A stretch of DNA of 64,000 nucleotides. Source: Eledone cirrhosa (lineage: Eukaryota). Below, one piece after another: positions 12,283-26,260 of this stretch. Numbering within the stretch: the stretch's first letter is position 1; each line of letters starts with the position of its first letter. The notes beneath the pieces are model-generated. The model made no database searches, was not told where the DNA came from, and saw nothing but the letters and a program-made list of their open reading frames with translations. The DNA lies in assembly GCA_964016885.1 (NCBI GenBank), contig OZ024743.1:93186001-93250000 (forward strand). The letters are read 5' to 3'. Made by a program: the position numbers and the translations under genes.

Positions 12283-13030
12283 TTAATTTTTTTTTTTTTT
12301 TTTTTTTTTTTTTCATTAATATCTTTACAGAGCTATTTATTTTTTTTAGTTCGGTGACCGCTTAGGAAACCGAGCTGCTCTATACATTTCCATTTTTCTT
12401 TCTTTTGCAAGCTTCTCTCGCCAATGTCTGTTAGTTTCAAAATAATTAGGCACGCAAACTTTTTCCTTTCTTTCAACCCTACCCTTCGCATACACACCAC
12501 TGCAAACGTCTTAAAAGCTACCGACTGCAAAAACAGAGTTTCTTGATAATTTCAGATATTTCAAACTTTAATTCCGTTCGCCTTCCGAAGTAGTGAGCCT
12601 GCTATATACTCTAGAAAATATTTATTGAACAGAGATTTGGCTGCTTTTTCTAGCAGGTAAAATTAGCATATTTCTTTAGAGCCGTTCGAATCGAACATTA
12701 TCCACATCTGTAATTATTAATTCGGAATGGGTATCGTAGCTAGTTATTTGGCCAAGTTATATAAACAAAAAGACAACATAAGTTTTAAAGACAGCGATAT
12801 CGACAGCTATGCGACACTCTCGTAGTTAATAACGTGTGTTAATTTAAAAGTTAGATGAGATTTATGTAAAATTTTATTAAGCAACCTAAATTGCTTGAAA
12901 ATACTGTGTTATACGGTTGAAAGTAAGAAAAATGTTTAATAGAAAATTAAAATATAAAAATTATCGTAAAAGAAAGGTGTTTAGTGAGTTGTTTTATACA
13001 ATAAAACTATTAAATTCAGCATAAGCTTTC

Positions 13031-13150
13031 GTTTACGGCCATATCACGCTGACAACACCGGTTCTCGTCCGATCACCGAAGTTAAGCAACGTCGAGCCTA
13101 GTTAGTACTTGGATGGGTGACCGCCTGGGAACCCTAGGTGCCGTAAGCGT
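13031..13150 (+). rRNA. 5S rRNA: 5S rRNA gene (copy 15)
   Basis: Same sequence as copy 1. Confidence 0.98.
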
Positions 13151-13901
13151 TTAATTTTTTTTTTTTTTTTCATTAATATCTTTACAGAGCTATTTATTTT
13201 TTTTAGTTCGGTGACCGCTTAGGAAACCGAGCTGCTCTATACATTTCCATTTTTCTTTCTTTTAGTTTCTTTCTTTTGCAAGCTTCTCTCGCCAATGTAT
13301 GTTAGTTTCAAAATAATTAGGCACGCAAACTTTTTCCTTTCTTTCAACCCTACCCTTCGCATACACACCACTGCAAACGTCTTAAAAGCTACCGACTGCA
13401 AAATCAGAGTTTCTTGATAATTTCAGATATTTCAAACTTTTATTCCGTTCGCCTTCCGAAGTAGTGAGCCTGCTATATACTCTAGAAAATATTTATTGAA
13501 CAGAGATTTGGCTGCTTTTTCTAGCAGGTAAAATTAGCACATTTCTTTAGAGCCGTTCGAATCGAACATTATCCACATCTGTAATTATTAATTCGGAATG
13601 GGCATCGTAGCTAGTTATTTGGCCAAGTTATATAAACAAAAAGACAACATAAGTTTTAAAGACAGCGATATCGACAGCTATGCGACACTCTCGTAGTTAA
13701 TAACGTGTGTTAATTTAAAAGTTAGATGAGATTTATGTAAAATTTTATTAAGCAACCTAAATTGCTTGAAAATACTGTGTTATACGGTTGAAAGTAAGAA
13801 AAATGTTTAATAGAAAATTAAAATATAAAAATTATCGTAAAAGAAAGGTGTTTAGTGAGTTGTTTTATACAATAAAACTATTAAATTCAGCATAAGCTTT
13901 C

Positions 13902-14021
13902 GTTTACGGCCATATCACGCTGACAACACCGGTTCTCGTCCGATCACCGAAGTTAAGCAACGTCGAGCCTAGTTAGTACTTGGATGGGTGACCGCCTGGG
14001 AACCCTAGGTGCCGTAAGCGT
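13902..14021 (+). rRNA. 5S rRNA: 5S rRNA gene (copy 16)
   Basis: Same sequence as copy 1. Confidence 0.98.
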
Positions 14022-14769
14022 TTAATTTTTTTCTTTTTTTTTTTTTTTTTTTCATTAATATCTTTACAGAGCTATTTATTTTTTTTAGTTCGGTGACCGC
14101 TTAGGAAACCGAGCTGCTCTATACATTTCCATTTTTCTTTCTTTTGCAAGCTTCTCTCGCCAATGTCTGTTAGTTTCAAAATAATTAGGCACGCAAACTT
14201 TTTCCTTTCTTTCAACCCTACCCTTCGCATACACACCACTGCAAACGTCTTAAAAGCTACCGACTGCAAAAACAGAGTTTCTTGATAATTTCAGATATTT
14301 CAAACTTTAATTCCGTTCGCCTTCCGAAGTAGTGAGCCTGCTATATACTCTAGAAAATATTTATTGAACAGAGATTTGGCTGCTTTTTCTAGCAGGTAAA
14401 ATTAGCACATTTCTTTAGAGCCGTTCGAATCGAACATTATCCACATCTGTAATTATTAATTCGGAATGGGTATCGTAGCTAGTTATTTGGCCAAGTTATA
14501 TAAACAAAAAGACAACATAAGTTTTAAAGACAGCGATATCGACAGCTATGCGACACTCTCGTAGTTAATAACGTGTGTTAATTTAAAAGTTAGATGAGAT
14601 TTATGTAAAATTTTATTAAGCAACCTAAATTGCTTGAAAATACTGTGTTATACGGTTGAAAGTAAGAAAAATGTTTAATAGAAAATTAAAATATAAAAAT
14701 TATCGTAAAAGAAAGGTGTTTAGTGAGTTGTTTTATACACTAAAAGTATTAAATTCAGCATAAGCTTTC

Positions 14770-14889
14770 GTTTACGGCCATATCACGCTGACAACACCGG
14801 TTCTCGTCCGATCACCGAAGTTAAGCAACGTCGAGCCTAGTTAGTACTTGGATGGGTGACCGCCTGGGAACCCTAGGTGCCGTAAGCGT
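14770..14889 (+). rRNA. 5S rRNA: 5S rRNA gene (copy 17; variant upstream element)
   Basis: Same sequence as copy 1. Confidence 0.98.
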
Positions 14890-15651
14890 TTAATTTTTTT
14901 TTTTTTTTTTTTTTTTTTTTCATTAATATCTTTACAGAGCTATTTATTTTTTTTAGTTCGGTGACCGCTTAGGAAACCGAGCTGCTCTATACATTTCCAT
15001 TTTTCTTTCTTTTAGTTTCTTTCTTTTGCAAGCTTCTCTCGCCAATGTATGTTAGTTTCAAAATAATTAGGCACGCAAACTTTTTCCTTTCTTTCAACCC
15101 TACCCTTCGCATACACACCACTGCAAACGTCTTAAAAGCTACCGACTGCAAAATCAGAGTTTCTTGATAATTTCAGATATTTCAAACTTTTATTCCGTTC
15201 GCCTTCCGAAGTAGTGAGCCTGCTATATACTCTAGAAAATATTTATTGAACAGAGATTTGGCTGCTTTTTCTAGCAGGTAAAATTAGCACATTTCTTTAG
15301 AGCCGTTCGAATCGAACATTATCCACATCTGTAATTATTAATTCGGAATGGGCATCGTAGCTAGTTATTTGGCCAAGTTATATAAACAAAAAGACAACAT
15401 AAGTTTTAAAGACAGCGATATCGACAGCTATGCGACACTCTCGTAGTTAATAACGTGTGTTAATTTAAAAGTTAGATGAGATTTATGTAAAATTTTATTA
15501 AGCAACCTAAATTGCTTGAAAATACTGTGTTATACGGTTGAAAGTAAGAAAAATGTTTAATAGAAAATTAAAATATAAAAATTATCGTAAAAGAAAGGTG
15601 TTTAGTGAGTTGTTTTATACAATAAAACTATTAAATTCAGCATAAGCTTTC

Positions 15652-15771
15652 GTTTACGGCCATATCACGCTGACAACACCGGTTCTCGTCCGATCACCGA
15701 AGTTAAGCAACGTCGAGCCTAGTTAGTACTTGGATGGGTGACCGCCTGGGAACCCTAGGTGCCGTAAGCGT
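15652..15771 (+). rRNA. 5S rRNA: 5S rRNA gene (copy 18)
   Basis: Same sequence as copy 1. Confidence 0.98.
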
Positions 15772-16519
15772 TTAATTTTTTTCTTTTTTTTTTTTTTTTT
15801 TTCATTAATATCTTTACAGAGCTATTTATTTTTTTTAGTTCGGTGACCGCTTAGGAAACCGAGCTGCTCTATACATTTCCATTTTTCTTTCTTTTGCAAG
15901 CTTCTCTCGCCAATGTCTGTTAGTTTCAAAATAATTAGGCACGCAAACTTTTTCCTTTCTTTCAACCCTACCCTTCGCATACACACCACTGCAAACGTCT
16001 TAAAAGCTACCGACTGCAAAAACAGAGTTTCTTGATAATTTCAGATATTTCAAACTTTAATTCCGTTCGCCTTCCGAAGTAGTGAGCCTGCTATATACTC
16101 TAGAAAATATTTATTGAACAGAGATTTGGCTGCTTTTTCTAGCAGGTAAAATTAGCACATTTCTTTAGAGCCGTTCGAATCGAACATTATCCACATCTGT
16201 AATTATTAATTCGGAATGGGTATCGTAGCTAGTTATTTGGCCAAGTTATATAAACAAAAAGACAACATAAGTTTTAAAGACAGCGATATCGACAGCTATG
16301 CGACACTCTCGTAGTTAATAACGTGTGTTAATTTAAAAGTTAGATGAGATTTATGTAAAATTTTATTAAGCAACCTAAATTGCTTGAAAATACTGTGTTA
16401 TACGGTTGAAAGTAAGAAAAATGTTTAATAGAAAATTAAAATATAAAAATTATCGTAAAAGAAAGGTGTTTAGTGAGTTGTTTTATACAATAAAACTATT
16501 AAATTCAGCATAAGCTTTC

Positions 16520-16639
16520 GTTTACGGCCATATCACGCTGACAACACCGGTTCTCGTCCGATCACCGAAGTTAAGCAACGTCGAGCCTAGTTAGTACTTG
16601 GATGGGTGACCGCCTGGGAACCCTAGGTGCCGTAAGCGT
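16520..16639 (+). rRNA. 5S rRNA: 5S rRNA gene (copy 19)
   Basis: Same sequence as copy 1. Confidence 0.98.
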
Positions 16640-17401
16640 TTAATTTTTTTTTTTTTTTTTTTTTTTTTTTCATTAATATCTTTACAGAGCTATTTATTTT
16701 TTTTAGTTCGGTGACCGCTTAGGAAACCGAGCTGCTCTATACATTTCCATTTTTCTTTCTTTTAGTTTCTTTCTTTTGCAAGCTTCTCTCGCCAATGTAT
16801 GTTAGTTTCAAAATAATTAGGCACGCAAACTTTTTCCTTTCTTTCAACCCTACCCTTCGCATACACACCACTGCAAACGTCTTAAAAGCTACCGACTGCA
16901 AAATCAGAGTTTCTTGATAATTTCAGATATTTCAAACTTTTATTCCGTTCGCCTTCCGAAGTAGTGAGCCTGCTATATACTCTAGAAAATATTTATTGAA
17001 CAGAGATTTGGCTGCTTTTTCTAGCAGGTAAAATTAGCACATTTCTTTAGAGCCGTTCGAATCGAACATTATCCACATCTGTAATTATTAATTCGGAATG
17101 GGCATCGTAGCTAGTTATTTGGCCAAGTGATATAAACAAAAAAACAACATAAGTTTTAAAGACAGCGATATCGACAGCTATGCGACACTCTCGTAGTTAA
17201 TAACGTGTGTTAATTTAAAAGTTAGATGAGATTTATGTAAAATTTTATTAAGCAACCTAAATTGCTTGAAAATACTGTGTTATACGGTTGAAAGTAAGAA
17301 AAATGTTTAATAGAAAATTAAAATATAAAAATTATCGTAAAAGAAAGGTGTTTAGTGAGTTGTTTTATACAATAAAACTATTAAATTCAGCATAAGCTTT
17401 C

Positions 17402-17521
17402 GTTTACGGCCATATCACGCTGACAACACCGGTTCTCGTCCGATCACCGAAGTTAAGCAACGTCGAGCCTAGTTAGTACTTGGATGGGTGACCGCCTGGG
17501 AACCCTAGGTGCCGTAAGCGT
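17402..17521 (+). rRNA. 5S rRNA: 5S rRNA gene (copy 20)
   Basis: Same sequence as copy 1. Confidence 0.98.
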
Positions 17522-18283
17522 TTAATTTTTTTCTTTTTTTTTTTTTTTTTTTCATTAATATCTTTACAGAGCTATTTATTTTTTTTAGTTCGGTGACCGC
17601 TTAGGAAACCGAGCTGCTCTATACATTTCCATTTTTCTTTCTTTTAGTTTCTTTCTTTTGCAAGCTTCTCTCGCCAATGTATGTTAGTTTCAAAATAATT
17701 AGGCACGCAAACTTTTTCCTTTCTTTCAACCCTACCCTTCGCATACACACCACTGCAAACGTCTTAAAAGCTACCGACTGCAAAATCAGAGTTTCTTGAT
17801 AATTTCAGATATTTCAAACTTTTATTCCGTTCGCCTTCCGAAGTAGTGAGCCTGCTATATACTCTAGAAAATATTTATTGAACAGAGATTTGGCTGCTTT
17901 TTCTAGCAGGTAAAATTAGCACATTTCTTTAGAGCCGTTCGAATCGAACATTATCCACATCTGTAATTATTAATTCGGAATGGGCATCGTAGCTAGTTAT
18001 TTGGCCAAGTTATATAAACAAAAAGACAACATAAGTTTTAAAGACAGCGATATCGACAGCTATGCGACACTCTCGTAGTTAATAACGTGTGTTAATTTAA
18101 AAGTTAGATGAGATTTATGTAAAATTTTATTAAGCAACCTAAATTGCTTGAAAATACTGTGTTATACGGTTGAAAGTAAGAAAAATGTTTAATAGAAAAT
18201 TAAAATATAAAAATTATCGTAAAAGAAAGGTGTTTAGTGAGTTGTTTTATACAATAAAACTATTAAATTCAGCATAAGCTTTC

Positions 18284-18403
18284 GTTTACGGCCATATCAC
18301 GCTGACAACACCGGTTCTCGTCCGATCACCGAAGTTAAGCAACGTCGAGCCTAGTTAGTACTTGGATGGGTGACCGCCTGGGAACCCTAGGTGCCGTAAG
18401 CGT
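18284..18403 (+). rRNA. 5S rRNA: 5S rRNA gene (copy 21)
   Basis: Same sequence as copy 1. Confidence 0.98.
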
Positions 18404-19151
18404 TTAATTTTTTTCTTTTTTTTTTTTTTTTTTTCATTAATATCTTTACAGAGCTATTTATTTTTTTTAGTTCGGTGACCGCTTAGGAAACCGAGCTGCT
18501 CTATACATTTCCATTTTTCTTTCTTTTGCAAGCTTCTCTCGCCAATGTCTGTTAGTTTCAAAATAATTAGGCACGCAAACTTTTTCCTTTCTTTCAACCC
18601 TACCCTTCGCATACACACCACTGCAAACGTCTTAAAAGCTACCGACTGCAAAAACAGAGTTTCTTGATAATTTCAGATATTTCAAACTTTAATTCCGTTC
18701 GCCTTCCGAAGTAGTGAGCCTGCTATATACTCTAGAAAATATTTATTGAACAGAGATTTGGCTGCTTTTTCTAGCAGGTAAAATTAGCACATTTCTTTAG
18801 AGCCGTTCGAATCGAACATTATCCACATCTGTAATTATTAATTCGGAATGGGTATCGTAGCTAGTTATTTGGCCAAGTTATATAAACAAAAAGACAACAT
18901 AAGTTTTAAAGACAGCGATATCGACAGCTATGCGACACTCTCGTAGTTAATAACGTGTGTTAATTTAAAAGTTAGATGAGATTTATGTAAAATTTTATTA
19001 AGCAACCTAAATTGCTTGAAAATACTGTGTTATACGGTTGAAAGTAAGAAAAATGTTTAATAGAAAATTAAAATATAAAAATTATCGTAAAAGAAAGGTG
19101 TTTAGTGAGTTGTTTTATACAATAAAACTATTAAATTCAGCATAAGCTTTC

Positions 19152-19271
19152 GTTTACGGCCATATCACGCTGACAACACCGGTTCTCGTCCGATCACCGA
19201 AGTTAAGCAACGTCGAGCCTAGTTAGTACTTGGATGGGTGACCGCCTGGGAACCCTAGGTGCCGTAAGCGT
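19152..19271 (+). rRNA. 5S rRNA: 5S rRNA gene (copy 22)
   Basis: Same sequence as copy 1. Confidence 0.98.
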
Positions 19272-20019
19272 TTAATTTTTTTCTTTTTTTTTTTTTTTTT
19301 TTCATTAATATCTTTACAGAGCTATTTATTTTTTTTAGTTCGGTGACCGCTTAGGAAACCGAGCTGCTCTATACATTTCCATTTTTCTTTCTTTTGCAAG
19401 CTTCTCTCGCCAATGTCTGTTAGTTTCAAAATAATTAGGCACGCAAACTTTTTCCTTTCTTTCAACCCTACCCTTCGCATACACACCACTGCAAACGTCT
19501 TAAAAGCTACCGACTGCAAAAACAGAGTTTCTTGATAATTTCAGATATTTCAAACTTTAATTCCGTTCGCCTTCCGAAGTAGTGAGCCTGCTATATACTC
19601 TAGAAAATATTTATTGAACAGAGATTTGGCTGCTTTTTCTAGCAGGTAAAATTAGCATATTTCTTTAGAGCCGTTCGAATCGAACATTATCCACATCTGT
19701 AATTATTAATTCGGAATGGGTATCGTAGCTAGTTATTTGGCCAAGTTATATAAACAAAAAGACAACATAAGTTTTAAAGACAGCGATATCGACAGCTATG
19801 CGACACTCTCGTAGTTAATAACGTGTGTTAATTTAAAAGTTAGATGAGATTTATGTAAAATTTTATTAAGCAACCTAAATTGCTTGAAAATACTGTGTTA
19901 TACGGTTGAAAGTAAGAAAAATGTTTAATAGAAAATTAAAATATAAAAATTATCGTAAAAGAAAGGTGTTTAGTGAGTTGTTTTATACAATAAAACTATT
20001 AAATTCAGCATAAGCTTTC

Positions 20020-20139
20020 GTTTACGGCCATATCACGCTGACAACACCGGTTCTCGTCCGATCACCGAAGTTAAGCAACGTCGAGCCTAGTTAGTACTTG
20101 GATGGGTGACCGCCTGGGAACCCTAGGTGCCGTAAGCGT
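20020..20139 (+). rRNA. 5S rRNA: 5S rRNA gene (copy 23)
   Basis: Same sequence as copy 1. Confidence 0.98.
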
Positions 20140-20890
20140 TTAATTTTTTTTTTTTTTTTCATTAATATCTTTACAGAGCTATTTATTTTTTTTAGTTCGG
20201 TGACCGCTTAGGAAACCGAGCTGCTCTATACATTTCCATTTTTCTTTCTTTTAGTTTCTTTCTTTTGCAAGCTTCTCTCGCCAATGTATGTTAGTTTCAA
20301 AATAATTAGGCACGCAAACTTTTTCCTTTCTTTCAACCCTACCCTTCGCATACACACCACTGCAAACGTCTTAAAAGCTACCGACTGCAAAATCAGAGTT
20401 TCTTGATAATTTCAGATATTTCAAACTTTTATTCCGTTCGCCTTCCGAAGTAGTGAGCCTGCTATATACTCTAGAAAATATTTATTGAACAGAGATTTGG
20501 CTGCTTTTTCTAGCAGGTAAAATTAGCACATTTCTTTAGAGCCGTTCGAATCGAACATTATCCACATCTGTAATTATTAATTCGGAATGGGCATCGTAGC
20601 TAGTTATTTGGCCAAGTTATATAAACAAAAAGACAACATAAGTTTTAAAGACAGCGATATCGACAGCTATGCGACACTCTCGTAGTTAATAACGTGTGTT
20701 AATTTAAAAGTTAGATGAGATTTATGTAAAATTTTATTAAGCAACCTAAATTGCTTGAAAATACTGTGTTATACGGTTGAAAGTAAGAAAAATGTTTAAT
20801 AGAAAATTAAAATATAAAAATTATCGTAAAAGAAAGGTGTTTAGTGAGTTGTTTTATACAATAAAACTATTAAATTCAGCATAAGCTTTC

Positions 20891-21010
20891 GTTTACGGCC
20901 ATATCACGCTGACAACACCGGTTCTCGTCCGATCACCGAAGTTAAGCAACGTCGAGCCTAGTTAGTACTTGGATGGGTGACCGCCTGGGAACCCTAGGTG
21001 CCGTAAGCGT
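20891..21010 (+). rRNA. 5S rRNA: 5S rRNA gene (copy 24)
   Basis: Same sequence as copy 1. Confidence 0.98.
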
Positions 21011-21758
21011 TTAATTTTTTTCTTTTTTTTTTTTTTTTTTTCATTAATATCTTTACAGAGCTATTTATTTTTTTTAGTTCGGTGACCGCTTAGGAAACCG
21101 AGCTGCTCTATACATTTCCATTTTTCTTTCTTTTGCAAGCTTCTCTCGCCAATGTCTGTTAGTTTCAAAATAATTAGGCACGCAAACTTTTTCCTTTCTT
21201 TCAACCCTACCCTTCGCATACACACCACTGCAAACGTCTTAAAAGCTACCGACTGCAAAAACAGAGTTTCTTGATAATTTCAGATATTTCAAACTTTAAT
21301 TCCGTTCGCCTTCCGAAGTAGTGAGCCTGCTATATACTCTAGAAAATATTTATTGAACAGAGATTTGGCTGCTTTTTCTAGCAGGTAAAATTAGCACATT
21401 TCTTTAGAGCCGTTCGAATCGAACATTATCCACATCTGTAATTATTAATTCGGAATGGGCATCGTAGCTAGTTATTTGGCCAAGTTATATAAACAAAAAG
21501 ACAACATAAGTTTTAAAGACAGCGATATCGACAGCTATGCGACACTCTCGTAGTTAATAACGTGTGTTAATTTAAAAGTTAGATGAGATTTATGTAAAAT
21601 TTTATTAAGCAACCTAAATTGCTTGAAAATACTGTGTTATACGGTTGAAAGTAAGAAAAATGTTTAATAGAAAATTAAAATATAAAAATTATCGTAAAAG
21701 AAAGGTGTTTAGTGAGTTGTTTTATACAATAAAACTATTAAATTCAGCATAAGCTTTC

Positions 21759-21878
21759 GTTTACGGCCATATCACGCTGACAACACCGGTTCTCGTCCGA
21801 TCACCGAAGTTAAGCAACGTCGAGCCTAGTTAGTACTTGGATGGGTGACCGCCTGGGAACCCTAGGTGCCGTAAGCGT
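21759..21878 (+). rRNA. 5S rRNA: 5S rRNA gene (copy 25)
   Basis: Same sequence as copy 1. Confidence 0.98.
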
Positions 21879-22640
21879 TTAATTTTTTTTTTTTTTTTTT
21901 TTTTTTTTTCATTAATATCTTTACAGAGCTATTTATTTTTTTTAGTTCGGTGACCGCTTAGGAAACCGAGCTGCTCTATACATTTCCATTTTTCTTTCTT
22001 TTAGTTTCTTTCTTTTGCAAGCTTCTCTCGCCAATGTATGTTAGTTTCAAAATAATTAGGCACGCAAACTTTTTCCTTTCTTTCAACCCTACCCTTCGCA
22101 TACACACCACTGCAAACGTCTTAAAAGCTACCGACTGCAAAATCAGAGTTTCTTGATAATTTCAGATATTTCAAACTTTTATTCCGTTCGCCTTCCGAAG
22201 TAGTGAGCCTGCTATATACTCTAGAAAATATTTATTGAACAGAGATTTGGCTGCTTTTTCTAGCAGGTAAAATTAGCACATTTCTTTAGAGCCGTTCGAA
22301 TCGAACATTATCCACATCTGTAATTATTAATTCGGAATGGGCATCGTAGCTAGTTATTTGGCCAAGTGATATAAACAAAAAAACAACATAAGTTTTAAAG
22401 ACAGCGATATCGACAGCTATGCGACACTCTCGTAGTTAATAACGTGTGTTAATTTAAAAGTTAGATGAGATTTATGTAAAATTTTATTAAGCAACCTAAA
22501 TTGCTTGAAAATACTGTGTTATACGGTTGAAAGTAAGAAAAATGTTTAATAGAAAATTAAAATATAAAAATTATCGTAAAAGAAAGGTGTTTAGTGAGTT
22601 GTTTTATACAATAAAACTATTAAATTCAGCATAAGCTTTC

Positions 22641-22760
22641 GTTTACGGCCATATCACGCTGACAACACCGGTTCTCGTCCGATCACCGAAGTTAAGCAAC
22701 GTCGAGCCTAGTTAGTACTTGGATGGGTGACCGCCTGGGAACCCTAGGTGCCGTAAGCGT
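22641..22760 (+). rRNA. 5S rRNA: 5S rRNA gene (copy 26)
   Basis: Same sequence as copy 1. Confidence 0.98.
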
Positions 22761-23522
22761 TTAATTTTTTTCTTTTTTTTTTTTTTTTTTTCATTAATAT
22801 CTTTACAGAGCTATTTATTTTTTTTAGTTCGGTGACCGCTTAGGAAACCGAGCTGCTCTATACATTTCCATTTTTCTTTCTTTTAGTTTCTTTCTTTTGC
22901 AAGCTTCTCTCGCCAATGTATGTTAGTTTCAAAATAATTAGGCACGCAAACTTTTTCCTTTCTTTCAACCCTACCCTTCGCATACACACCACTGCAAACG
23001 TCTTAAAAGCTACCGACTGCAAAATCAGAGTTTCTTGATAATTTCAGATATTTCAAACTTTTATTCCGTTCGCCTTCCGAAGTAGTGAGCCTGCTATATA
23101 CTCTAGAAAATATTTATTGAACAGAGATTTGGCTGCTTTTTCTAGCAGGTAAAATTAGCACATTTCTTTAGAGCCGTTCGAATCGAACATTATCCACATC
23201 TGTAATTATTAATTCGGAATGGGCATCGTAGCTAGTTATTTGGCCAAGTGATATAAACAAAAAAACAACATAAGTTTTAAAGACAGCGATATCGACAGCT
23301 ATGCGACACTCTCGTAGTTAATAACGTGTGTTAATTTAAAAGTTAGATGAGATTTATGTAAAATTTTATTAAGCAACCTAAATTGCTTGAAAATACTGTG
23401 TTATACGGTTGAAAGTAAGAAAAATGTTTAATAGAAAATTAAAATATAAAAATTATCGTAAAAGAAAGGTGTTTAGTGAGTTGTTTTATACAATAAAACT
23501 ATTAAATTCAGCATAAGCTTTC

Positions 23523-23642
23523 GTTTACGGCCATATCACGCTGACAACACCGGTTCTCGTCCGATCACCGAAGTTAAGCAACGTCGAGCCTAGTTAGTAC
23601 TTGGATGGGTGACCGCCTGGGAACCCTAGGTGCCGTAAGCGT
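23523..23642 (+). rRNA. 5S rRNA: 5S rRNA gene (copy 27)
   Basis: Same sequence as copy 1. Confidence 0.98.
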
Positions 23643-24390
23643 TTAATTTTTTTCTTTTTTTTTTTTTTTTTTTCATTAATATCTTTACAGAGCTATTTAT
23701 TTTTTTTAGTTCGGTGACCGCTTAGGAAACCGAGCTGCTCTATACATTTCCATTTTTCTTTCTTTTGCAAGCTTCTCTCGCCAATGTCTGTTAGTTTCAA
23801 AATAATTAGGCACGCAAACTTTTTCCTTTCTTTCAACCCTACCCTTCGCATACACACCACTGCAAACGTCTTAAAAGCTACCGACTGCAAAAACAGAGTT
23901 TCTTGATAATTTCAGATATTTCAAACTTTAATTCCGTTCGCCTTCCGAAGTAGTGAGCCTGCTATATACTCTAGAAAATATTTATTGAACAGAGATTTGG
24001 CTGCTTTTTCTAGCAGGTAAAATTAGCATATTTCTTTAGAGCCGTTCGAATCGAACATTATCCACATCTGTAATTATTAATTCGGAATGGGTATCGTAGC
24101 TAGTTATTTGGCCAAGTTATATAAACAAAAAGACAACATAAGTTTTAAAGACAGCGATATCGACAGCTATGCGACACTCTCGTAGTTAATAACGTGTGTT
24201 AATTTAAAAGTTAGATGAGATTTATGTAAAATTTTATTAAGCAACCTAAATTGCTTGAAAATACTGTGTTATACGGTTGAAAGTAAGAAAAATGTTTAAT
24301 AGAAAATTAAAATATAAAAATTATCGTAAAAGAAAGGTGTTTAGTGAGTTGTTTTATACAATAAAACTATTAAATTCAGCATAAGCTTTC

Positions 24391-24510
24391 GTTTACGGCC
24401 ATATCACGCTGACAACACCGGTTCTCGTCCGATCACCGAAGTTAAGCAACGTCGAGCCTAGTTAGTACTTGGATGGGTGACCGCCTGGGAACCCTAGGTG
24501 CCGTAAGCGT
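24391..24510 (+). rRNA. 5S rRNA: 5S rRNA gene (copy 28)
   Basis: Same sequence as copy 1. Confidence 0.98.
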
Positions 24511-25272
24511 TTAATTTTTTTCTTTTTTTTTTTTTTTTTTTCATTAATATCTTTACAGAGCTATTTATTTTTTTTAGTTCGGTGACCGCTTAGGAAACCG
24601 AGCTGCTCTATACATTTCCATTTTTCTTTCTTTTAGTTTCTTTCTTTTGCAAGCTTCTCTCGCCAATGTATGTTAGTTTCAAAATAATTAGGCACGCAAA
24701 CTTTTTCCTTTCTTTCAACCCTACCCTTCGCATACACACCACTGCAAACGTCTTAAAAGCTACCGACTGCAAAATCAGAGTTTCTTGATAATTTCAGATA
24801 TTTCAAACTTTTATTCCGTTCGCCTTCCGAAGTAGTGAGCCTGCTATATACTCTAGAAAATATTTATTGAACAGAGATTTGGCTGCTTTTTCTAGCAGGT
24901 AAAATTAGCACATTTCTTTAGAGCCGTTCGAATCGAACATTATCCACATCTGTAATTATTAATTCGGAATGGGCATCGTAGCTAGTTATTTGGCCAAGTT
25001 ATATAAACAAAAAGACAACATAAGTTTTAAAGACAGCGATATCGACAGCTATGCGACACTCTCGTAGTTAATAACGTGTGTTAATTTAAAAGTTAGATGA
25101 GATTTATGTAAAATTTTATTAAGCAACCTAAATTGCTTGAAAATACTGTGTTATACGGTTGAAAGTAAGAAAAATGTTTAATAGAAAATTAAAATATAAA
25201 AATTATCGTAAAAGAAAGGTGTTTAGTGAGTTGTTTTATACAATAAAACTATTAAATTCAGCATAAGCTTTC

Positions 25273-25392
25273 GTTTACGGCCATATCACGCTGACAACAC
25301 CGGTTCTCGTCCGATCACCGAAGTTAAGCAACGTCGAGCCTAGTTAGTACTTGGATGGGTGACCGCCTGGGAACCCTAGGTGCCGTAAGCGT
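25273..25392 (+). rRNA. 5S rRNA: 5S rRNA gene (copy 29)
   Basis: Same sequence as copy 1. Confidence 0.98.
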
Positions 25393-26140
25393 TTAATTTT
25401 TTTCTTTTTTTTTTTTTTTTTTTCATTAATATCTTTACAGAGCTATTTATTTTTTTTAGTTCGGTGACCGCTTAGGAAACCGAGCTGCTCTATACATTTC
25501 CATTTTTCTTTCTTTTGCAAGCTTCTCTCGCCAATGTCTGTTAGTTTCAAAATAATTAGGCACGCAAACTTTTTCCTTTCTTTCAACCCTACCCTTCGCA
25601 TACACACCACTGCAAACGTCTTAAAAGCTACCGACTGCAAAAACAGAGTTTCTTGATAATTTCAGATATTTCAAACTTTAATTCCGTTCGCCTTCCGAAG
25701 TAGTGAGCCTGCTATATACTCTAGAAAATATTTATTGAACAGAGATTTGGCTGCTTTTTCTAGCAGGTAAAATTAGCACATTTCTTTAGAGCCGTTCGAA
25801 TCGAACATTATCCACATCTGTAATTATTAATTCGGAATGGGTATCGTAGCTAGTTATTTGGCCAAGTTATATAAACAAAAAGACAACATAAGTTTTAAAG
25901 ACAGCGATATCGACAGCTATGCGACACTCTCGTAGTTAATAACGTGTGTTAATTTAAAAGTTAGATGAGATTTATGTAAAATTTTATTAAGCAACCTAAA
26001 TTGCTTGAAAATACTGTGTTATACGGTTGAAAGTAAGAAAAATGTTTAATAGAAAATTAAAATATAAAAATTATCGTAAAAGAAAGGTGTTTAGTGAGTT
26101 GTTTTATACAATAAAACTATTAAATTCAGCATAAGCTTTC

Positions 26141-26260
26141 GTTTACGGCCATATCACGCTGACAACACCGGTTCTCGTCCGATCACCGAAGTTAAGCAAC
26201 GTCGAGCCTAGTTAGTACTTGGATGGGTGACCGCCTGGGAACCCTAGGTGCCGTAAGCGT
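26141..26260 (+). rRNA. 5S rRNA: 5S rRNA gene (copy 30)
   Basis: Same sequence as copy 1. Confidence 0.98.
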
